A stretch of DNA of 20,307 bases. Origin: Verrucomicrobiota bacterium. GTDB lineage: Bacteria; Verrucomicrobiota; Verrucomicrobiia; Limisphaerales; CANJXF01. How positions within the stretch are numbered: the stretch's first letter is position 1; every line of letters starts with the position of its first letter. Location of the stretch: the NCBI GenBank assembly GCA_038214755.1, contig JBBQRQ010000092.1:1-20307 (forward strand), in the 5' to 3' direction. Shown here one piece after another: positions 7,726 through 15,400 of this stretch. Under the pieces are notes generated by a model. It had not been told where the DNA came from. It saw only the letters and a program-made list of their open reading frames with translations, and made no database searches. A program made the translations under genes and the position numbers.

Positions 7726-9082
7726 ACTCTCTGATCCAACGTTTCGCTTTCATTTCAAAACGCGGCAACGTTCCTTGAGAAACGATCTGCACCGGCACGC
7801 GCAAACTGAAAGTCGTTTGCAACTCTTTGGCGATGCGAGTCGCCAGATTCGTAGGATCTTTACAGTCGGATTTTGCTTCGATGCGAAGGGACAATTCTGT
7901 CATGCAGTTTTGAGTCGTGACGCTCGCTTGAAATTCGGCGAGCTCGTCGAAACGGCGGAGAACATCTTCGATGGCGGAGGGATGAATGTTCACGCCGCGC
8001 ACGACAAACATGTCGTCGGTTCGACCTAAAATTCCGCCGTGCAACGCCAATTCATAGCTCCCGCAAACGCATGGAGAATCTTTAACAACTTGAACCAAAT
8101 CTCCAGTGCGATAGCGCAGAAGTGGTGAGCCAGTTCTACCCAAGGTTGTCAGGACAAGTTCGCCAGTTTCATCGGCGGAAATTTTCTTCCCGGTTTGCGG
8201 ATTAACAATTTCGGCGATGTAAGCGAATTCGATGACGTGCAGGATTAAAGGTTGTCTCGGACATTCGTAAGTGATGGGACCCACCTCTGTCATGCCGTGA
8301 TGATCGGAAACTTTTGCTCCCGGCCACAATTTTTCCAAACGTTCCCGCGTGGCGGGAATACTGCCGCCGGGTTCGCCGGCGACGATTATTTTTTCCACTC
8401 GCGATTTGCCTAAATCGATTTTCTCTTTCGCCGCAACTTCCGCCAAACGCAACGCGTAAGTCGGCGTGCAACACAGAACCGTGATTTCATTTTCCAAAAT
8501 GGCTTTCAGTCGCGCCTCACTGCTCAAACCACCACCGGGGACACAGAGCGCGCCAATTTTTTGTCCCGCATCGAACGCCAGCCAAAATCCGAGGAACGGC
8601 CCGAATGAAAAGGCAAAATAAATTTTGTCGCCCGCGCCAACGCCCGCCGCGCGAAAAATTTCCGCCCAGTTCTCCACCATCCCTTGCCAGCTCGATGGCG
8701 TATCGAGCCAGCGCAACGGCGCGCCCGTCGTGCCGCTGGTTTGATGAAAGCGGGTGTAGTTCTCCAGTGAAAAAGTCAGGTTGGTTCCAAAGGGCGGATT
8801 GCCTACCTGATCGGCGACAAGTTCCTGTTTTGTTGTGAATGGAATTGTCTCCGAGAAACCCTCCAGACTGGTGAACTCCGTTCTAATTCCGGAAAATTTC
8901 TTCGCGTAAAAAGAATTCGCTGGAAGAATCGCGCGGAAAAGTTCGCGCAATTTTTTCAATTGTTGCGCAGAAATTTCGTCGCGACTGGCAAAATCCAGGA
9001 GCGCGGACGTTCCCGTCCGTGCGTTGGCTTTTGTTTTTTTTTCACACGCGGACGAGAACGTCCGCGCTCCTTCCTTTGCCAT
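7724..9082 (-). CDS. Phenylacetate-CoA ligase family (PaaK-like) AMP-binding protein
   Basis: PFTTKQEL, HQTSGTTG, CCTPTYAL, AGEPGGS, HHGMTEVGP, PLLRYRTGDL, GRTDDMFVVRGVNIHPSAIE, LPRFEMKAKR. Start placed at ATG 9082, 5 nt after the upstream stop; the start position is less certain than the family. Confidence 0.88.
   Translation of the reverse strand: MAKEGARTFSSACEKKTKANARTGTSALLDFASRDEISAQQLKKLRELFRAILPANSFYAKKFSGIRTEFTSLEGFSETIPFTTKQELVADQVGNPPFGTNLTFSLENYTRFHQTSGTTGAPLRWLDTPSSWQGMVENWAEIFRAAGVGAGDKIYFAFSFGPFLGFWLAFDAGQKIGALCVPGGGLSSEARLKAILENEITVLCCTPTYALRLAEVAAKEKIDLGKSRVEKIIVAGEPGGSIPATRERLEKLWPGAKVSDHHGMTEVGPITYECPRQPLILHVIEFAYIAEIVNPQTGKKISADETGELVLTTLGRTGSPLLRYRTGDLVQVVKDSPCVCGSYELALHGGILGRTDDMFVVRGVNIHPSAIEDVLRRFDELAEFQASVTTQNCMTELSLRIEAKSDCKDPTNLATRIAKELQTTFSLRVPVQIVSQGTLPRFEMKAKRWIRE
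8997..9072. repeat. REP-like doublet, family B, copy 1 (inside the predicted 5' coding region of the PaaK-like gene)
   Basis: AGGAGCGCGGACGTTCCCGTCCGTG (8997-9021) and the inverted arm CACACGCGGACGAGAACGTCCGCGCTCCTT (9043-9072). The latter is the exact 30-bp reverse complement of 20184-20213. Confidence 0.9.
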
Positions 9083-9087
9083 GAAAT

Positions 9088-9612
9088 TCAAATGTGGTTC
9101 GGATTCGCGGAAGAAACCTGCGGCGCGACCGGTTTGGGCGCGGGCGCACCCGGCTTGTAAAGTGAAACGAGGCAACCGCCAATCGCCGCCAGCACGATAC
9201 CGAGAAAAAATTGCGGCTTGATGGACGACATTCCTCCAGCGGGCGGATGTTGCCAGATGGAATAGAGCGCGTTCACGACCGGCGCACCCGCAAAGACGAT
9301 GGACATCACGACGGGTGGAGTTCCTTTTGCCCCAAAAGCGAGGAGCACTCCAAACGCGCCAATTGCGCCGACAATTCCCGCGACGAGCGACCAACCCATG
9401 CCTTTCGCCGGAAAAGTCCACGAGGCTCCCTTGATCACGAGCAGGGCGAGCGGCGCGAGCACGGCGGTGAGAAAATAAGCGAGGCCGACGAAAAGAAATG
9501 CTTTGTAACGTCCGTTGATTGGGTCGGCCATGTTCGTCTGCCCCGTGTGCAGGAAAACACCGTAAACGCCCCAGGTCACAACCGTCATCAATGCGAAGAT
9601 TAGCCAGTTCAT
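9088..9612 (-). CDS. Membrane protein with about 5 TM helices, EamA/DMT-like
   Basis: Five hydrophobic segments; starts MNWLIFALMTVVTWGVYG and contains SLVAGIVGAIG and APVVNAL. Confidence 0.75.
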   Translation of the reverse strand: MNWLIFALMTVVTWGVYGVFLHTGQTNMADPINGRYKAFLFVGLAYFLTAVLAPLALLVIKGASWTFPAKGMGWSLVAGIVGAIGAFGVLLAFGAKGTPPVVMSIVFAGAPVVNALYSIWQHPPAGGMSSIKPQFFLGIVLAAIGGCLVSLYKPGAPAPKPVAPQVSSANPNHI

Positions 9613-9618
9613 GGGGAG

Positions 9619-9647
9619 AGTTTATTGAGCAGCGCACTTTACATCAA
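9619..9647 (-). promoter_or_regulatory. Putative sigma70 promoter for a leaderless transcript of the DMT-like gene
   Basis: Minus strand reads TTGATG-17 nt-TAAACT-6 nt-ATG, with no Shine-Dalgarno. Confidence 0.55.
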
Positions 9648-9694
9648 TTGGTTTATCGGCGAATTTTTCACGACTGAAACCATTTCAAAATTTT

Positions 9695-10141
9695 GTGAAA
9701 ATAATTTTTCTCGCCTTGAGTTTGGCTTTGGCCGGTTGCGCCACGAATACGTTTGAAAAACGGCGGACCGAACGGTTGTCTGCTTACAATACGTTGACGC
9801 CGGAATTCAAATCGCTGGTTGATCAAGGCAAAATTAAAATAGGAATGCCCGAAGATGCGGTTTACATCGCGTGGGGAAAGCCTTCCGAAATTTTGAGAAA
9901 GGAAGATGCGAAAGGCCCCGCCACCACGTGGCTCTACGAAGGAACTTATCTTCAGGAATATCGCTACTGGTCTCAGCCCAGATACGATTACGGTTTCCGC
10001 GGCGCGCGTGATTACAATTACGGCTACTACACTTATGGCCGTCCCGAAACCGATTATGTGCCGCACGATTACGTGACGGCAGAAGTTGAATTCGTAAATG
10101 GCATAGTAAAAAAATGGGAAATGCGTCCGCGGCCGCGTTGA
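9695..10141 (+). CDS. Hypothetical lipoprotein
   Basis: GTG start, MKIIFLALSLALAGC lipobox. IKIGMPEDAVYIAWGKP resembles SmpA/BamE-like small domains; Tyr-rich middle. Confidence 0.8.
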   Translation: MKIIFLALSLALAGCATNTFEKRRTERLSAYNTLTPEFKSLVDQGKIKIGMPEDAVYIAWGKPSEILRKEDAKGPATTWLYEGTYLQEYRYWSQPRYDYGFRGARDYNYGYYTYGRPETDYVPHDYVTAEVEFVNGIVKKWEMRPRPR

Positions 10142-10150
10142 GGGTCTCTT

Positions 10151-10230
10151 GGAGCGGCGTGTCTATGACCGCCGCCTTTTAAGACGAGAGGCAGTTTTCA
10201 ACTCAGCGGCGGTCACAGACGCGCCGCTAC
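10151..10230. repeat. REP-like doublet, family D, between convergent genes
   Basis: GGAGCGGCGTGTCTATGACCGCCGC (10151-10175) versus the reverse complement of 10206-10230, GTAGCGGCGCGTCTGTGACCGCCGC: 22/25 identical. Confidence 0.85.
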
Positions 10231-10673
10231 ACACCGAGCAATTCCGCAGGCGCCACTTCAATTTTGTCGGCGATATTTTTCGGGATGGAACACGCCGTCA
10301 TTTTTCCAGCACCATGATGGGTGACGCAGACGACCGTCAGCAAACCGCGCGCTACTTCGACGGCGGGCGAAGAATTCAATTTACGAAATCGAAAAACGTA
10401 ACTGAGCGATTTGGATCTCTTCTCCGAGACGAGCAGTTGCACTTCAACTTCATCTTCAAAATGAAGAGGTTGTTTGTAATCACACTCTGCGTGAACGCGC
10501 GGCCAGCCAACCGGCGGCTCGACTCCGCGCGTGACAATGGAAAAACCGAGCGAGCGAAAAAAACCGTGCTCGGCTGTTTCCATAAATCGAAAAAAATTCG
10601 AGTAGTGCATGATCCCGGCCATGTCGGTGTCGGAAAATTCCACGCGGCGCACCACTTTAAACTCGTAAGGCAT
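10227..10673 (-). CDS. Acyl-CoA thioesterase (4HBT/YbgC hot-dog family)
   Basis: RRVEFSDTDMAGIMHYSNFFRFMETAEH, WPRVHAECDYKQPLHFED. Confidence 0.92.
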   Translation of the reverse strand: MPYEFKVVRRVEFSDTDMAGIMHYSNFFRFMETAEHGFFRSLGFSIVTRGVEPPVGWPRVHAECDYKQPLHFEDEVEVQLLVSEKRSKSLSYVFRFRKLNSSPAVEVARGLLTVVCVTHHGAGKMTACSIPKNIADKIEVAPAELLGV

Positions 10674-10678
10674 GAAGG

Positions 10679-10710
10679 GATTTTAGATTTGGGATTTAGG
10701 ATTTACGATT
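10679..10710. repeat. Heptamer tandem repeat (GATTTnn, about 4.5 units)
   Basis: GATTTTA GATTTGG GATTTAG GATTTAC GATT. Confidence 0.75.
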
Positions 10711-10748
10711 GAAAAAACTCAGGCACCGTTTGTCGCACGACGCGGGTG

Positions 10749-10819
10749 GGAGCGCCGATCTCCTGATCGGCTCCCCAGACATTTTCTTCTGCCAGAGCCG
10801 ATCAGGAGATCGGCGTTCC
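10749..10819. repeat. REP-like doublet, family E
   Basis: GGAGCGCCGATCTCCTGATCGGCTC (10749-10773) and an inverted arm at 10795-10819 with 1 mismatch; internal hairpin GCCGATC-TCCT-GATCGGC. Confidence 0.88.
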
Positions 10820-10859
10820 AGCGCCGCGGATAAACGGGCCCTTTGTTAGAGAAACCCGA

Positions 10860-10884
10860 TCCGCCTCCTCACGTCGGCGGCTAC
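10860..10884 (-). repeat. REP-like singlet, family C
   Basis: Minus strand GTAGCCGCCGACGTGAGGAGGCGGA: GTAG plus an imperfect CCGCC/GGCGG hairpin. Its TAG is the GT4 stop codon. Related copies lie at 11445-11515. Confidence 0.8.
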
Positions 10885-12239
10885 TTCACGGTGGCGAACG
10901 CGTCCGTAATTTTCCGCGCCATCTTTTCGACGCTGAATTTTTCGAAGACATTCTTTCGTCCGGTTTCGCCGAGGGCGCGAGCACGTTCGGGATTCGAGAG
11001 CAGTTGGGCAATATTTTCCGCGAGCGAATCGGGATTTGGCTCGGCGACCACGCCGCCGCCGGTGGCTTCAATCAATTCTGGAAACGCGGCGTGACGCGGC
11101 TGCACGACCGGAACGCCCGCCGCCATCGCCTCAATGACGTAAAGCCCGAACGCTTCGCCGTAAAGCGCAGGCACGGAGAAAACGGTGAGCGATTTGAGAA
11201 AATCTAATTTTTCGTCGCGCGTCAGATTTGGAAAAAATTCAACGTCATTCAAAACGCTGCCCGCTTGCAAGCGTCCTCGCATTTTTTTTACAAACGGCTC
11301 GTCCGCCGGACCGCAACCGCCGCCGATTTTCAGTTTCAAATTTGCAAACTGTTTTTGTTTTTTCAGCGAGATGAATGCTTCGACTAAAATATCCAAACCT
11401 TTTTCCGGACACATGCGCGCGAAGTAGCCAAGCGTTGGAATATCGTAACCGACGACGTGAGGAGGCGCGTTTATGCGCGGGGAAACATCCGCCCCGTCAC
11501 CTCGTCGGCGACTATCATTTGTGTCCGGGTGATCCACTGAATCATACCCGACCAGATTGATTCCGTTGTAAATGACGCGAAGGCGGTTTGAAGAAATGCC
11601 GAGCCGCTTCGACATCAGTTCGCCAAAATATTTGCTCGGCGCGATAAACAAATCCACGTCGGCAGATCGTTCGGATAAAATCTTCCAGGCGAGATCGCGC
11701 TGCGGTTGCGGCAGCAGATTGAGAAAAAAATCCTCGCCTTGCAATGAGCAGACGATGGGGACTTGCAATTCCCTTTTGAGGCGGCGGGCCATGCCGATCA
11801 GCAGCGCGTTGGAGAGCGAAATAATTTCCGGTTTCTCATTTGTTTTGAGCCAGCGAATCAATTCCTCAAGTTCACGGGCTTGATTGCCTTCCTCGCCGCG
11901 CAGCATGGAAACAGTCAGTTCACCGAGACCACGCGGGTTCGTTTTCCCAGCCGCGCCCGCCGCGAGTTTTAACATCAGGCTCGTTTCAAACAGGCGATGC
12001 AACCAGCTCGGCGCTTGGCGAAACCATTTGGATTTTTGTTCCAGATAAACATTGATGCCGGAGAAAAAAATCGGCGTGCCCGCGCTTTGATTTTCTTCAT
12101 CCAACGTCAGTGGCAAATAAAGCGGCAGCATCAGTGTGGAATGACCCAATTCGCGCAGCGCCGCCACCAGCGCGTTATCGCGGAAACATCCTCCGCAAAA
12201 CATCGCGCCGGCGCCGGGGGTGATTTGAAGGATGTTCAT
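10881..12239 (-). CDS. GT4 (GT-B fold) glycosyltransferase
   Basis: Start MNILQITPGAG; GYFARMCPEKGLDIL and YGEAFGLYVIEAMAAGVPVV (EX7E motif). Confidence 0.92.
   Translation of the reverse strand: MNILQITPGAGAMFCGGCFRDNALVAALRELGHSTLMLPLYLPLTLDEENQSAGTPIFFSGINVYLEQKSKWFRQAPSWLHRLFETSLMLKLAAGAAGKTNPRGLGELTVSMLRGEEGNQARELEELIRWLKTNEKPEIISLSNALLIGMARRLKRELQVPIVCSLQGEDFFLNLLPQPQRDLAWKILSERSADVDLFIAPSKYFGELMSKRLGISSNRLRVIYNGINLVGYDSVDHPDTNDSRRRGDGADVSPRINAPPHVVGYDIPTLGYFARMCPEKGLDILVEAFISLKKQKQFANLKLKIGGGCGPADEPFVKKMRGRLQAGSVLNDVEFFPNLTRDEKLDFLKSLTVFSVPALYGEAFGLYVIEAMAAGVPVVQPRHAAFPELIEATGGGVVAEPNPDSLAENIAQLLSNPERARALGETGRKNVFEKFSVEKMARKITDAFATVK
11445..11515. repeat. Degenerate family C doublet inside the GT4 coding sequence
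   Basis: GTAACCGACGACGTGAGGAGGCG (11445-11467) is 21/23 identical to the free copy. The inverted arm at 11488-11515 has 4 substitutions and a 3-nt insertion. Confidence 0.8.
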
Positions 12240-12287
12240 CTGGAGAAATGAAATCAGCTTGTGGGAGAGGAGGTAAGGAGATTCTAA

Positions 12288-12432
12288 CGAAATCCGAAAT
12301 CCGAAGGCCGAAAGCGACTTCTCTTTTGCGCCAGAAAGCTGCAACCCAAGCGCCGGGATCAACAGCCTTTTCGGATGTCGGGATTCGGATTTCCTTCGGA
12401 TCTCGGATTTCGAACTTCGGATTTTGGAACTT
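12288..12432. repeat. Inverted pair of heptamer tandem arrays (CGAAATC-like x4 and TCGGATT-like x about 8)
   Basis: CGAAATC CGAAATC CGAAGGC CGAAAGC at 12288-12315; TCGGATG TCGGGAT TCGGATT ... TCGGATC TCGGATT TCGAACT TCGGATT TTGGAAC at 12371-12430. Confidence 0.8.
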
Positions 12433-12485
12433 AAACCCAGTCAATCCTTCGCCTGATAAAAGTCAGAGCCGAACCACGTCGGCTG

Positions 12486-15400
12486 CTATGGTTGGGAAAG
12501 GAGCGCGCGAAAAAATTGTTTCGGCGAGAGCGTGACCGGTTGCGTTTCGGTGATCGTGACGGTGACACGACCATTCGCAGGTGTGCCGACGGAAATGGTC
12601 GCCGAACCTGTCCAGGCAGCCGCGCCGATTTTGCTGGCGATGGTCAACCACGGATCATCGACGCCAAGATCGGTGCTGGATTGAATCGCCAATGTTATGC
12701 CGTTGGTCATCGGCTCGAGGATGGAGAAGCTGACGGTGAAATGTTTTTCCGCGCCGTCGTTCGTCACGGTGGTTTGCAATGAATTCGTCGTCAACCCAAC
12801 CACTGCCGGATCCACAAACGACGTGTAAAGCGCATTGTTGATCGTGTTGCTCACGGTCAGCGTTTCGGTGGATTGCAAAATGGCGATCAATTCATCGGTG
12901 GCGGCATCGAAATTCGTGTTGCCATTAGAATCGTGGTAAAGCCCCCAGCCGGTGATTCCAGCAATGGGCGAATTGGTGAGGAAATATTGAACGGCGCTTC
13001 CCGCCAATTTTAAACGATCGCCTTGCGATGGAAGAAAATCTTCGATCAGCGCGTAGCCATCGAGGCCGGGCGTGGCGGGATTGCCGTCATCGTAATAGCG
13101 CGTGCCGCCATTGCCGAGAACGAACGTATCGGCATTGGCTCCGCCGTTGAGTCGGTCAATTTCATGCGCGCCGCCGCCGCCATCCAGCGTGTCGATGCCG
13201 CCTTCGCCGCGCAGATAATTATTGCGCGAATTGCCGGTGAGAATATTTGCGGAGGAATTGCCCGTGGCATTCGTGGCCGAACCCGTCAGTACGAGATATT
13301 CAACATTCGCGGGAAGCGTGTAATCAATGCTCGCACGCACGGTGTCCGTTCCCTGTCCTGACGATTCAGTGACGACGTCGCCGGGGTCGTCCACAATGAA
13401 GGTGTCGTTGCCGGTGCTACCCAACATCGTGTCTGCGCCCAGTCCGCCATCAATCCAATCATTTCCACTAGACGCGGAAATGGTGTCATTGCCTGCGCCG
13501 CCAAAAATCTGATCGTCGCCACTGTAACCAATGATGTTGTCGGCTTTTGAAGTTCCGATGAAATGCACGCGCTCAAATCCAACGACAGACAATTGATCGA
13601 CCACTACATTGGTGCTGATGAGGCGGCGTTGATAGGTGCTGATATTGGGATTCCAAATGATTCCCGCCGTGTCGGCATCATCGCCCACTGAATAATCGAG
13701 AATCAGCAAATCGTCACCGCCCGTGCCCCCATTGACCGAGTCGAAACCGATGCCGGGATTGAGAACATCATCGCCGGTTTTCATCGCGATGGTGTTGTTC
13801 ACCCGACCGGGAAGAATGAGAATGTCATTGCCGCTGCCGGTCGTGATGGCAGTGATATGTTCAAAGTTCCGCAAGTAACCGCCATTGGGCAAAATAATTT
13901 CCGCAGGCGGATTATTTTCATCGAAAATAAATGGCGTGGTCATGTTGCCCACGTCGATTTGCAACGTGTCGTAACCTTCGCCCCCATCGAATTTGAACAC
14001 AGTGGTGGCCGTGGCTTGGGAAGAGTCATTGCCAGGGGCGTTGGCGTCGCGCACAAAGTCATCGCCCGGCCCCGCGTCGCAGATGTCCGTTCCGTAAGTA
14101 GAAAAAGAATTGTCGGCATACGCGAAAGTGATGGAATCATTCCCCGGCCCGCCGATGACCGTGTCGTTTCCCGCTCCCGCCAGAAGCGTGTCATCACCTT
14201 CGCCTCCATCCAGATAATCGTCTCCCCACCGACCTTCGAGGTGGTCGTTGCCGCCCATGCCAAAAAAGCGGTCCGTATAGGTCGAGCTATTCACATAAGC
14301 GCCGACAGCTTCTCCGTAGAACTGGTCATTAGTGGCGCCACCAATGAGTTCAAATCGTTCGATGGAAAGATAAGAGAGCAGCGCTGTGACGCCAAAAGGG
14401 CTGGGAGATTGGCCGAGCGCAATCGTCATATAGCCGGCACCGGAATTTGGCCCCATTGAGACGCCCTTGCTATTCACCTCGGCAAGAATGGAAAAATCCA
14501 ACCGCAGAGTATCCGAGCCGTTGCCGCCATCCACCCGGTCGTTTTGAATTGAACCTGGCTGGAGAGGAAGAGTCGCGATGGGATTTATAATATTGTCATT
14601 CGTGTCACCCGTAAGAAAGTCAGCGGACAATGTGCCGATAAGATTTTCAAAACCTGAGATGGTCAAGCCTGCCGCTGCACCACCGACAGTGTTGTTGGCA
14701 AGGTTCACCGTGACGCTGGCGATGGATTGCTCGAAAGAAAGTGTGTCGTTGCCCGGGCCACCGATCAGCACGTCCGTCGTGCGAAATTGGTTCGGGGAAA
14801 CGCCGTAGAACCCACGCCAGTCTGCGATCACCAAATCGTCTCCCGCTCCAGCATCAATGGTTTTGCTGTAGAAGGAAACTTCCTGTTGCGCGGCGAGACG
14901 AATGACGTCGTTGCTGCTGGTGGCTTTCAACGTGCCGAGCGTTTGCATGTTCGTGAAAGTGTCGCCGTCAGGAAACGAAAATGAATTGGTTCTGCCCACG
15001 ATGAAATTGAGCGGCGTGATCTTGTCCGAATAATCCGCCGACAACCGATTGAAACCTTCGCCGCCTTCGAGATAGTCCGGATTCAACAAATCCATCGTGA
15101 TCAAATGATCGTTGCCTGTCCCTCCGTAGAGCATATCCACGCCATCTTCGCCATCCAGTGTGTCATCGTCGGCCTGACCGTAGATCACGTCATTGCCCGC
15201 GCCGCCGTAAATTTTATCCGCGTCGTAGCCGGGCTTCAGAGAACCGACCGCATCAGGATGATTGCCGTAAATAATGTCGTTGCCGCCAAGTCCATGAATG
15301 GTGTCCGCGCCGTCCATTCCGTAAATTGTGTCGGCGTTATCGCTGCCTTCCAAATCATCGCCGGACGCGAGCACTGAGCCGGGTTGCTTCGGCAAACCGC

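Noticed and set aside
9083..9637. 637-aa extended version of the PaaK-like ORF
   Set aside because: The extension overlaps the clear membrane-protein gene in another frame and reads as Arg-rich shadow sequence.
12240..12362. N-terminal extension of GT4 and small ORFs at 12175-12535
   Set aside because: They derive from heptamer repeats; MNILQITPG is the typical GT4 start.
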